From Squalus acanthias (taxonomy: Eukaryota), in NCBI GenBank assembly GCA_030390025.1, contig JASTWF010000048.1, forward strand, positions 744,001-808,000: a DNA stretch of 64,000 nt. The letters are read 5' to 3'. The translations under genes were made by a program, and so were the position numbers. This document shows positions 39,079 to 51,614 of the stretch, one piece after another; position 1 is the first letter of the stretch, and every line of letters begins with the position of its first letter. Below the pieces are notes generated by a model. That model saw only the letters and a program-made list of their open reading frames with translations. It did not search any database and was not told where the DNA came from.

Positions 39079-40457
39079 CACCCGTCTCAGACACGAACCC
39101 CNNNNNNNNNNNNNNNNNNNNNNNNNNNNNNNNNNNNNNNNNNNNNNNNNNNNNNNNNNNNNNNNNNNNNNNNNNNNNNNNNNNNNNNNNNNNNNNNNNN
39201 NNNNNNNNNNNNNNNNNNNNNNNNNNNNNNNNNNNNNNNNNNNNNCAGCTCGCTCTCCGTCTCTCCGTCTGTCTTTTCTATCCCTCAGTCGCTCTCTTTC
39301 CCTGTCACTCTCTAAACCTGCCTCGGTCTCGCTTTCGCGTCCCCTCTCTCCCTACCTCTCTGCCTCTCTTCCGCCTCTCACCCTCTCGCCCTCGCTCTCT
39401 CTAGCACCGTCTCCACCTCTCTCCCTGTATCCCTCTCTCTATTCCTCTGCATCTCTCTCCCTCGCCCCCTCCTTCTATTCCTCTACTTCTCTCTCCCGCG
39501 CTCCCTCTCTCTATCCCTCTTCTTCTCTTTCCCTCGCTCCCAATCCTTCCCGCTATCCACCCCTCAGTCGCGCTCTATCTGGTAAGCAGATGTAAAATGA
39601 GAAAATGGCCCATTAACATTCTGTGCTTTACGGACAACAATCCCAACTTCCTTAGACTCTCATAACTGACGTCCCTCATCCCTGGTGCCATTCTGGTAAA
39701 CCTCCTCTTAACCTTCACTAAGGCGATCAACCGCATACAGTTAGGTTATAGTTCATCTTAGAACCCTTAAACGTGTCACGAATGTGTCACACTGTGCAAA
39801 GGCGAGATGCCTCCCCAGATATGTTTTTCACAGAGACACCTGCCTCTTGACGGCGGTTACAACATCTGTTGAAAACCGTTTACCCACTTCTCTGTCAGAC
39901 TCTAGGCGCCTTTTGAAGTGTTTTTTCAAAGAAACTAGAAGTTCGGCCCAGCGAAGAACTTAACCCTTTAATTCTCGTTGAGCAGATGGGAACTGAAAGC
40001 TGCACTGCCTGAAAGAAGATTGACCCTTGACCAAAAAATAATCCGCGTTTTATAGAATAATGGAATCCTAAAGCACAGAGGGAGGCCACTCGGTCAGTCC
40101 AGTCCGTGTCGAACTTTTGAAAGAGCGATCCAATTGGTCCCCACGAGACACCTCCCACCCTCCTTCACCTTAAACTATCAACATATCCTTCTATTCCTTT
40201 ATCCCTCATGTGTTTATCTCGCTTCCCCTTAAATGCCTCTATATTAATACACTCAAACACGCCTTGTGTTAGCGAGTTCCACATTTTTACCACTCTCTGA
40301 GTAAAGAGGTTTCTCCTGGATTCATTATTGGATTTCTTAGTATCGATCTTATCGTTATGGCCCCTAGTTTTGTCCTCTCCTATCCAATTATTCCCAAACC
40401 CCAGCTCATTCACCACTTCCCTGTTTTTTCACTCTTCAAGTTTATGTCCAATTCCCT

Positions 40458-42585
40458 TGTAAGATCTTAAATGATCACTGAGTTCTTGGACAATACACCA
40501 ATAGGCAGTAGCCAGTATGTTTGAGCGATAGATCAAGATTTATTAAGCTTACAACGTCATCAATACTGAACGTCTGGCGATAGTTTTAACGAGTTTCTCG
40601 CAGCCCTTGGTCTCTGGAACCGCTCGGACACAGATGACGTCATCTTAAGTCTTTTCCTCTGTTCTCGCAGTACCTCTGTGGGATATGTGGAGCATTCTTT
40701 GTTCCAGTCCTGCTCAGGTCCCCTCCCTCACCTCTTTTTCCGGTACATTGATGACTGTATCGGTGCCGTTTCGTGCTCTCGCCCTGAACTAGATAATTTC
40801 ATTAGATTTGCTTCCAATTTCCACCCTTCCCTCACATTCACAAGGTCCATCTCCGACTCTTCCCTTCCCTTCCTCGGCTTCTCCGTCTCCATCTCTGTTG
40901 ATAGGTTATTGACAAACATTCACTAGAAGCCCACTGACTCCCACAGCTACCTGGACTGCAATTCCTCCCACCCCGCCTCCTGTCAGGACTGTATTCCATT
41001 CTCCCAGTTTCTCCTTCTCCGCCGCATCTGCTCTGACGATGCCACCTTCCATACCAGTGCTTCCGACATGTCTTCCTTTTTCCTCATACGAGGATTCCCC
41101 TCTACTGTGGTTGACACGGCCCTCGACCTTGTCCGTTCTATCTCCCGCACTTCTGCCCTCACCACTGCCCCTACCTCCCGGAACCACGATAGAGTTCCCC
41201 TTCTCCTCACCTTTCACCCCACCAGCCTCCACATTCAACGGATCATCCTCCGATATTTGCGCCACCTTCAGAGTGATCCCAACACCAAACGCATCCTCCC
41301 CTCACGTCCCCTTTCAGCATTCGGCAGGGACCGCTCCCTCCGCGACACCCTAGTCCACTCCTCTATCCCCCCCAACACCCCTTCCCCTTCGCCCATCACC
41401 TTCCCTTGCAAGCACAGGAGATGCAGCACATGCCCTTATACCTCCTCACTTCCCACTGTCCAGGGCCCCAAACACCCCTTCCAGGTGAAACAGCGATTTA
41501 CTTGTACTTCTTGCATGTATTCGCTGCTCACGATATTGTCTCCTCCACTTTGCGGAGACCAAACGCAGATTGGGTGACCGCTTTATGGAACACCTCCGTT
41601 CAGACCTGAAGGGGGACCCCGAGTTTCTGCTCGCTGTCACTTTAATTCACCGCTCCACTCCCACTCAGACCTCACCGTCCTCAGCCTCTTGCATTCTTTC
41701 TCGGGAGCTCAGTGTGAGCTCGAGGAACAGTACCTCATCTATCGATTAGGCACTTTAGATCCTTCTGGACTCAACATAGAGTTCAACAATTTCAGATCAT
41801 AACCCCGGCCCCTATCATATATATATATTTTATCCACACTTTTGTTCTGTTCTACTCTCCCACATGGCAGTTATTTTTCTTTCTGCCAGCGCAATTTAAA
41901 CTTCATCTAGTGCCATCCTTTGTTCCTTAACCAGTCCGATTACCATCTCCTTTTGCCTTGAATATCTCGTAATGTCTCTCAATGTCTCTTAAGCTCTCCT
42001 GCCTTCTATCCTATCGCAGGCCTTCCCTTTTGTTCTTTCATCCCCTCCCCCATTTCCCAGCTACTACACTTGCTTAAAAATCTGTTCCATTTCCTACTTT
42101 TTCCAGTTCTTACGAAAGGTCATCGACCTGAAATCTTAACTCTGTAAATTTGTTCTTTGAGTATCGAGGTTTTAACACTTTTCTTATCAAAAGTTTGTTT
42201 CGCCAGTGTCAATATATGGTCTTTATCAAAATCACCTTTTCAATTTGTTCTAATGATGAAAATAGCATTGTCACTCAGACATCTTGGGCGCTCCTTTTTT
42301 TCAATACTTTTCCATCAACCCTATCCTTCTGTCTTGTTATCTTGTTTATAGTTTTTCACCCCACTGGAAATTTTCCATATCTCTTTCATTTCATCGCCTC
42401 CCTGGTACAAGGCCTTTATACCAAGTTCTGTTTGCTATCAAAGCTTGGTCAAAACTGCTCTTGACTCTCCTTGCAGCTGCATCCTGAACAAGTCTTAGCT
42501 TTTTAGTTACCCAGGAGTAATTAATGGTAATATTATTTGGTCAATGGCTACACTTGAATATCTCTAGATATCAGCCTTTCCTACA
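40458..42585 (-). mobile_element. Solo LTR (about 660 bp net) containing a nested Penelope element
   Basis: TGTAAG...CCTACA termini; CCCT on the left and CGCT (CCCT in copy A) on the right; empty site AATTCCCTTGTGAA seen at about 6435 and 47115; AATAAA on the minus strand. Confidence 0.6.
40678..42145 (+). mobile_element. 5'-truncated Penelope-like element (RT and GIY-YIG), decayed
   Basis: FFRYIDDCIGA (RT motif), FASNFHPSLTFT, FPCKHRRCSTC, ETKRRLGDRF; stops and frameshifts. Confidence 0.88.
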
Positions 42586-43024
42586 CGCTTGTGAAAGTTA
42601 CCAGTGCATCTGTCTCCAGCACCCTTTCAGGCACTGCATTCCCGATCATAACATCTTGTTTGCATAAAAAACTGTCTCCTCACCTACCAGTTGGATGTTT
42701 TGCCAATTACCTTAAACCTGTGCCCTCTGGTCACCGATCCTGCCGGCAGAGGAGTCAATTTCTCCTTGTCTACTCTATCACAACCGCTCTTACATTTGAA
42801 CACCTCTATTAAATCTCAACTTGTCGTCTGTTTTGATTCATTCTATGAAGTTGCTAAACTACTTTCGTTTCAAGCTGCTCACCATATAGAAATACACTGA
42901 TATATCCTTCTTCAGTCCTAAAGAATGACATCACACTTGCCCACAATGTATCCATCTGTCTCTATTTAGCTCACTCATTTAATGTGTCTACGTTCCCTTT
43001 GAAACAGACTTTACCCTTCTGCTC

Positions 43025-43665
43025 TGCTCACTGACAATCAGTGAGAGACGGATTGGACTGTCAAACAGGAAGAGGGAGTCAGGGCTGCGAATCAGACAGC
43101 GCGTTGCAGGGCTGTCAGTCAGAGAGGGGAGGGGCGGAGCTGTCGATGAGAGACGGTGGCGAGCTGTCAATCACAGACGTCTCAGCAGCTGTCAATCAGA
43201 AAGTGAGGTTCGGGGCTGTCAATCAGAGAGGGGAGGGATGGATCTGTCAATCAGAGAGGGCGGGGCAGGGCTCGCAATCAGAGAGTGAGGGGTGGTGCTG
43301 CAAATCAGCGGGGGTGACGAGTTGTCAGAGAGGGCTGGAGCGGAGCTGTCAATCAGAGAGGGGAGTGGTGGAACTGTGAATATTTACATAGGGTTACATA
43401 GGATATTTGGCACAGGAACAAGCCAAAGGAACCTCCTACCGTCTTTCCTCATCTAAATCGATCAGCATATCTCTCTATTTCATTTATCCTCATATAATTG
43501 TCTTTCCTCCCCTTAAATGCATCATGCTATTCGCTTCAAACACTCCCTGTGGAATCAGAGAGATTAGGGGTGGTGCTGTTAATTAGAGATGGGAAGAGCG
43601 GTGCTGTCAATCAGACGGTGAGGATCGGGGCAGGGCTGTCAATCAGAGAGTGAGGGGCGGGGCAT
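43025..43665. repeat. TGTCAATCA/GC-box tandem array upstream of the V12 leader
   Basis: Near-identical to 2110-2750. Confidence 0.8.
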
Positions 43666-43812
43666 TGTATATTCAGTGTTTTCTTATGAATGATAGATAT
43701 CGTGGCGTTTACACGCGTTAGACCGGCCTTTCAAACAACAGTCTCATAGCTCCCATCGCTCGGCAGCTTATAGGCCGTGGGAGTTCCGCTCTCAGACACT
43801 CTCTCGCTGACC

Positions 43813-44865
43813 ATGCGGACTAGTCTCCTGTCCTGCACGTTGCAGCTGTTTCTATTGGCGGGTAAGAAAAGCGAGAGGCCGGTGTCCCATAGAGGCCTTT
43901 GGCTCTGGCGCAGACATGTATTAAAATCCTTCAAAACAATTGTTCAATAATTAGAGAAGAAAGAAGGAAAAGGAGAAAGAAAGTAAATCAATGAGGGAAC
44001 AGCGTTGTGGGAATACATAGACTGTATCTGATCAGTGAAAAATAAAGAAGACAAATTGTGTTAAATACAGTCGGGATGGGCATATAGAGAACAGGGTTAT
44101 TCCTGTATTGTTTAAACCAGTGAGTGATTTTAGATTGTTGGATAGATAGATAGATAGATGAAGAGATAGATAGATAGATATATACATACATCGTTGTACA
44201 GCTCTCTCTCCCTCTGTCCTCTCTATCTTCAGTCTCTCTCTTCCCCTGTGTTAATCTCTAAATCTGCTTCGCTCTCACCATCGCTTCCCCTCTCTCTGCC
44301 TCTCTCCCATCTCTCACCCTCTCCCTCTCTCTCGCTCCGTCTCCTTCTCTCACCCTCGCTCCCTCTCTCCAACCCTCTTCTTCGTTCTCCCTCGCTCCCT
44401 CTCTCTATCCCTCTTCTTCGATCACCCTCGCCCCCTCTCTCTATCCCTCTTCTTCTCTTTTCCTCGCTCGCACCCTATCAATTCCGCTATCCATCCGTCA
44501 TTCTCCCGCTATCTATCAAGCGTTTGTAAAATGAGGAAATGTCCATTAACACCCGTGTCTTTTACAGGAGCGCAGTCCGAATTGGTTATCCAAAGGCCCA
44601 AATTTCTCACCGGTTTCCAATCGGGCTCGGTGATTGTGACATGTTTTGTACTCAAAGACCATCCCAGAACCTACTGGTATCGACAGACTCCAAACCTGGT
44701 ATGGGAGCTCCTGATCTACGCCTATCGGACGAACACACCCGAGATATCCGAGTGGTTCAAAGGGCGAGTGTCTGCAGTCAGAGGAACGGGCGATTCCTAC
44801 CACCTCAATCTGACCGAACTGCAGCCCAGTGACACGGCTGTGTATTACTGCGCTAGCGATATTAC
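43813..44865 (+). CDS. TRBV: TCR V segment V12 (paralog of V1), apparently intact: leader 43813-43861, V exon 44568-44865
   Basis: GAQSELVIQRP...YWYRQ...DTAVYYCASDI. Confidence 0.9.
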
Positions 44866-44904
44866 CACAGCGGTACGAACACGGCGCGACTCGCTGCAAA
44901 AACC
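44866..44904 (+). promoter_or_regulatory. 23-RSS of V12
   Basis: CACAGCG + 23 bp + GCAAAAACC. Confidence 0.92.
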
Positions 44905-47552
44905 TTTCTCAGATGTCGTTTGCTGTGTGAGACAGAGCTGGAAATTACAGCGGGTCATCGGCAGGAAATANNNNNNNNNNNNNNNNNNNNNNNNNNNNNN
45001 NNNNNNNNNNNNNNNNNNNNNNNNNNNNNNNNNNNNNNNNNNNNNNNNNNNNNNNNNNNNNNNNNNNNNNNNNNNNNNNNNNNNNNNNNNNNNNNNNNNN
45101 NNNNNNNNNNNNNNNNNNNNNNNNNNNNNNNNNNNNNNNNNNNNNNNNNNNNNNNNNNNNNNNNNNNNNNNNNNNNNNNNNNNNNNNNNNNNNNNNNNNN
45201 NNNNNNNNNNNNNNNNNNNNNNNNNNNNNNNNNNNNNNNNNNNNNNNNNNNNNNNNNNNNNNCTGTCTTTCATTCTGTCTGTCTGTCTATCTGTTTATCT
45301 GTCTGTCTTTGAATGATTACAACTTGTTATTAATTAATTATAAAATGCTATATCAATGTATCCAATGTCCTTTGTTCGCAAATTATCTACATTTTAATCA
45401 GCAGGTTATGCGGTGGGGTAAATGAGTTAACGTCAGTGGAGAAAGTGTGGTTGTTGGAATATGTGCAGGCGGTATCCGTAACTTCCGATATGCCAGTGAA
45501 TTATTCTTTTATTTACGCTGTTGCAATAGCGAAGAGAGAGGCGCTTCTTATCACAGCATCATAGAATGATACTTCACAGAAGGAGGCCATTCGACCCAAC
45601 GTGCCACTGCCAGCTCAGTGAAAAAGCTATCAAATTTGTGACATTCCCTGCTCTATCCCCTATCGATCTGCAAAACTTCCTCCAGGAAATATTTAACCAA
45701 TTCCCTTTGGAAAGTTACCATTGTATCTGCTTTCATCACCCTTTCAGGATGAGCATTTGAGATCAGAATAAACTGCTGTTTAAAGAAATGTCTCCGCATG
45801 TCACCTCTGCATGGACAGGTTCGGCCGAATGGCCTCTTTCTGTGCTGTATGTTCTATGTATTCCTATGGTTCTTTTACCAATTACCTAATATCTGTATCC
45901 TTTGGTTACCGACCCTCCTGCCAGTGGAAGCAATTTCTCATTATTTACTCGATCAAAACCCTTTATTATCTTGAACAAGGGGAATGGTAGCATATTGGTT
46001 ATGTTGCTGAATGTGTAATGCAGTAAGTCTGGACTAAAGATGCCGAGACTATGAGTTCAAATCCCACCACGGTAACTGGGGAATTTCAATTCACTTTCGT
46101 AAATAAATTTGGAATTATAAAGCTAGTGGATTGTTGTAGAAATCCATCTGGTTCATTTAACTGCCCTCTTGCGAATCAAGAAGGCAGCTCACCACTACAT
46201 TTCTCAAGGGCAATTAGAGATGGGCAATGAATGCCGGCCTTGTCAGCGACGCCCACATCCCATGAATGAAAAAAATTCACTATTACATCTCCCATTAACA
46301 TTTTCTGCTGTAAGGAGAACAATCCCAGCTTCCGGAATCTCTCATAACTGAAGCCCCTCATCCCTGGTACCATTCTGGTAAATCGCCTCTTAACCTTCAC
46401 TAAGGCGAACAGCCCAATACACAAAGGATATAATTCATCTTAGAACCTTAAACGTGTCACGAATGTTTCATACTGTACAAAGGCGAGATGCCTCCCCGGT
46501 TATGTTTTTCACTGTGACACCTGCCTCCTTACAGCGGTTACAAACTCTCCAGTTCTCCATCAGACTCTAGGCGCCTTTTGAAGTGTTTTTTCAAAGAAAC
46601 TAGAAGTTCAGCCCAGCGAATAATTTAGCCCTTTGATTCTCGTTGAGCACATGGGAACTGAAAGCTGCACTGCCTGAAACAAGAGAAAACTTTGACTCAA
46701 CAATGGTCCGTGTTTTATAGCATGATAGAATCCTACAGCACAGAGGGAGGCCACTCGGTCAGTCCAGTCCGTGCCGGCTCTTTGAAAGAGCGATCCAATT
46801 AGCCTCCCACGAGTCTCCTCCCTCCCTTCTTCCTCTCACCCTGTCAACAAACCCTTCTATTCCTTTACCCTCATGTGTTTATCGATCTTCCCCTTAAATG
46901 CATCTGTGTTATTTCCCTCAAACATTCCCTGTGGTAGCGAGTTCCACATTCTCACCACTCTGGGTAAAGACATTTATCCTGAATTCACTATTGGACTTAT
47001 TCATGTCTATCTTACCCTTATGGCCCTTTGTTTTGGCCTCTCCTATCCAATTATTCCCTCACCCATGCTCATTCCCCACAGGCCTGGTTTTATCCTCTTC
47101 AAGTTTATGTCCAATTCCCTTGTGAAAGTTACCAATGAATCTGCTTCCAGCACCCTTTCAGGAAGTGCATTCCCGATCATAACATCTTGCTGCATGAAAA
47201 ACTGTCTCCTCATCTACCAGTTGGATTTATGCCAATTAACTTAAATCTCTGCCCTCTGGTCACCGACCCTGCCCGCAGAGGAATCCATTTCTCCTTGTCT
47301 AGTCTGTCACAAACGCTCTGAAATTTGAACACCTCTATTAACTCTCCCATTATCGTCTGTGTTGCATCATTCTATGAAGTTACGAAACTGCCTACGCAAT
47401 GGGATGGTGGGTGGGTTTCGCAGGAAGTGATGTGTATATATCAATGATAACCGGATGCTCCTTATTTAAACAAATGCAACAGAGAAACTGCGTTTAGACG
47501 TGGTATAGAGCAGCACTCGTTCACACAGCGATCCCGCGTCGAATGAATAATC

Positions 47553-48473
47553 ATGTTTCATGAAGCTCATTATCTAATCTTGATAGCTGCATGGATCCCA
47601 CGTAAGGCAAAATAGCAAACTTAAAAGAATAATGTATAATAATGTGAGCTGTGGTTCAGTTGATTGCTTTCTTGCCACCGATTCAGAATGTCGCGGGTTC
47701 GAGTCTCACTCCCGAAATTGAGCACCAAATCAAGGCAGACGCTCCCAGTGCCAGTAAAAAGGGAGTGCTGCTCTATCGGAGGTACAGCACTGAGGGAGCG
47801 CTGCACTGTCGGAGGGGCAGTACTGAGGGAGCGCTGAACTGTCGGAGGGGCAGTACTAAGGTTGTGCTGCACTGTCGGAGGTGGCATCAGTCGGATGTCA
47901 CGTTAATTAAAGCTTCCCTCTCAGGTGGACATATGTTATCCATTATTTATCCCGCAACCAGACCCTAAAAAATACTCCGTTTTCGTATTGCACTTCGTGG
48001 AATCTTGCTGTGTGATTACTACATTACCAGAGCGACTAAACTTAAAAAATATCTTCCTTGGTTGGAAAGCGATTTGGGACTTCCTGGGGTCGCGAAATGC
48101 ATTTATTTCATTATATGTTGTCCCTGTTCTATTCAATTATTGACGGAAATAAGAATCTAATCGATGTCCCTTTCGACAGGAATACACGCCTCGTACGTGG
48201 AACAGTCGCCTTCTGTCCTATCGATTGGAGCAGGAGAGTCGACCACGCTCAGATGCACGCTGACGAATGATGCTTATTCCTATTTGTACTGGTACAGACA
48301 ACAACCCGACCGGGTATTGGAAGCCCTTTTCTATTCTGCTGCAGCAGGTGCTGTTACGAAATACACGTCCGAGTCCTTTAAGGCCGAAAGAAGCAGCGAA
48401 GCGCTGTTTACTTTGGAACTGAGCGACGCCTCTCCGTCTCACACCGCTGTCTATTACTGTGCTTGTAGTATCG
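47553..48473 (+). CDS. TRBV: TCR V segment V13 (paralog of V2), apparently intact: leader 47553-47601, V exon 48180-48473
   Basis: IHASYVEQSP...LYWYRQ...HTAVYYCACSI. Confidence 0.9.
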
Positions 48474-48512
48474 CACAGCGTTTGAGAAAGCGGTTCCCCA
48501 GCGACAAAAACC
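48474..48512 (+). promoter_or_regulatory. 23-RSS of V13
   Basis: CACAGCG + 23 bp + ACAAAAACC. Confidence 0.95.
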
Positions 48513-49914
48513 TGCAGCGGATGAATTGGAGTTCAGTGATCATTTTCCACCAACAGGTGGCAGCACTAGATGGAAGTACAGTGCAAATTTACTGCCGATA
48601 AGGTCATAGCATCATAGAATGATCCAGTACGGAAGGTGGCCATTCGGACCATCCTGCCTGTACCAGCTCTTTGAAAGAGCTATCCAATTAGTTCCACTTC
48701 CCCCTGCTCTTTCGCCATATTGCAAATTCCTTCCCTTCACGTTATTATTCAATACACTTTTTAAAGTTATTTTTGAATCTGCTTCCACCACTCTTTCAGA
48801 CAATGTGTTTGGCATTATAACAACTCGCTGCATAAAGAAAAAAATCTCCTCATCTTCCCCACTGATTCGTTAGCCAATTACTTTAAATCTGTGCCCTTTG
48901 TTTACCGTCCCTTCTGCAACTGGAAAGAGTTTCTCCTTATTTAGTCTCATCAAATTATTTATGATTTTGAACACCTCTGTCAAATTTTCCCTTAAGGTTC
49001 TTTGCTCTAAGGAGAACAAACCCAACTTTTCCACTCTCTCCACCTAACTTAACCTCTGCATTCCTGGTGGCAGTCGAGTGAATCTCTTCTGCGCACTCTC
49101 TGAGGACTTGACATTAACTTGGCTCCATTTCGTTTATATTGCCAGGTGACAGCTCGATATGGAACTTCAGTGTTGACGTTTTGCCACCTGGTGCCAGCTC
49201 GAGATAGCTGTTCAGTGCTTATTTTCGCCACAAGTTGGCAGCACTTGTGTCATGCGCACATTGACAAAGTTGTTATACGCTCGGCCCTTCTGTATGGACG
49301 CTCGCGGCCTTTTTAATCGGCGCCATTGGATGGAGGGATTGAGGCAGAACAGGTTTCAACACAGAGCAAGACTCAGCTCACGTTGCACAGTATCAGCATT
49401 GGCTCAGTGGTTCGCACTTTCCTCTCTGAGTGAGAAGGCCGTGGCTTGAAGTTAAACGCCATCGGCTTGAGCCAATCATTCAGGATGACACTTCAGTGCC
49501 TGTACTTAGGCAGCATCGCACTGGCGGAAGGGCAGTACTGGAGGAGTGTTGCACGGTCGGAGGAGCCATCTTAAAATCGTCTGCCCTCTCGGGTGAACAA
49601 AAAAGAAGAATGAAAGAAAGACTTGCATTTCTATTGCACTGTTCAAGACGACATCACGTCTAAAAGCGCATGACGGCCAAAGAAATACATTTGGAAGTAT
49701 AGTCATTTGTAACGTAGGACACTTTGCAGACAATTTTTGCACAGCAAGCTCCCACAAACAGCAATAAGATACTTGATTAGTCAATCTTTTTAGTGATGTT
49801 GGTTGAGGATATATATTGGCCCACGAAATCGGGGAGAATGCCACTGCACATCTTCCAATAGTGTCCATGGGCAGATGGGGCCTTGTTTTACGTCTCTTTC
49901 GAAAGAAGGCACCA

Positions 49915-51425
49915 CCGACAGTACAGCGCTGCCTCAGTACTACCCATCTGAAAGTGCATGCACACTCAGTACTGCGCCTCCGACAGGGCAGCACTCCCTC
50001 ACAACAGCCCCTCTGACAGTGCAGCGCTCCCTCAGTATTGTCCATCTGACAGTGCACGCACACTCAATACTGCACCTCCGACAGTGCAGCGCTCCCTCAG
50101 TACTTCCCATCTGAGAGTGCACGCAAACTCAATAATGCGCCTCCGACAGTGGAACGCTCCCTCAGAACTGCCCCTCCGACATTGCAGCGCTCCCTCGCTA
50201 CTGCCCTTCTGACAGTGCAGCACTCCCTCAGTACATGCCCTGTGACAGTGCAACGCTCGCTCAGACCTGCACTTCCGACAGTTCAGCGGACCCTCAGTAC
50301 TGCCCGGCCGACAGTGCAACGCTCCCTCAGTGCTGATCCTTCGACAGTAAAGCGATCCCTCAGAATTGCCCCTCCGACAGTGCAGCGCTCCCTCAGTACT
50401 GCTCCTCCGACAGTGAAACACTCACTCAGTATTGCCCCTTCCACAATGCAGCACTCCCTCAGTACTGCCCCTCCGACAGTGCAGCGCTCCCTCAGTACTG
50501 CCCCTCTGACAGTACAGTGCTCCCTCAATAATGCACCTCCGACAGTGCAGCGCTCCCTCAGTCCTGCATCTCTGACAGAGCAAAGCTCCCACAGTACTGC
50601 CCCTCCGACAGTGTAATGCTCCCTCAGTATGTCTGATGCGACACTGCAGCGCTCCCTCAGTACAGCCCGTCTGATAGTGCAGCGCTCCTGCAGTATTGCC
50701 CTTCTGACAGTGTAGCGTGTCCTCAGTACTGCCCCTCCGACTGCGCAGTGCTCCCTGACTATTGCCCCTCCGACAGTTTAGCGCTCCCTCAGTAATGCCC
50801 CTCTGACAGTGCAGCGCTCCCTCAGTACTGCCCCTCCGACAATGCAGTGATCCCTCAGTACTGCCCCTCCGACAGTACAGTGCTCCCTCAATAATGCACC
50901 TCCGACAGTGCAGCGTTCCCTCAGTCCTGCATCTCAGACAGTGCAAAGCTCCCACAGTACTGCCCCTCCGACAGTGTAATGCTCCCTCAGTACTTCTGAT
51001 GCGACACTGCAGCGCTCCCTCAGTACAGCCCGTCTGATAGTGCAGCGCTCCTGCAGTATTGCCCTTCTGACAGTGTAGCGTGTCCTCAGTACTGCCCCTC
51101 CGACTGCGCAGTGCTCCCTGACTACTGCCCCTCCGACAGTTTAGCGCTCCCTCAGTAATGCCCCTCTGACAGTGCAGCGCTCCCTCAGTACTGCCCCTCC
51201 AACAGTGCAGTGATCCCTCAGTACTGCCCCTCTGACAGTGCAGCGTGCCCTCAGTACTGCCCTTCTGACAGTGCAGCGCTTCCTTAGTACTGCCCCTCCG
51301 ATCGTGCAGCGCTCCCTCATACTGCCCCTCCGACAGTGCAGCGTTTCCTCAGTACTTCCCCTCTGACAGTGCAGAGCTCCCTCAGTACTGCCCCTCTGAC
51401 AGTGCAGAGCTCCCTCAGTATGGGT
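49915..51425. repeat. Expanded 33-bp minisatellite inside a DeuSINE
   Basis: About 45 units; paralog of 9295-9980; internal 363-bp repetition. Confidence 0.9.
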
Positions 51426-51614
51426 GCGCGCAGTGTCGTCCTGAGTTATGTGTTTGTGTCTCTTGTGTGGGGCTCGAACGCCCAGCCTTCTGATTCAGTG
51501 TCAACAGCACTATCTGAGCCACGGCTGACACGTGACTTCAGTATATGACGCTTCAAACATAATCCGACACTCCGGCGGAGAAAGGACTATTCTGTCCTTG
51601 TACCGGAACTAAAC

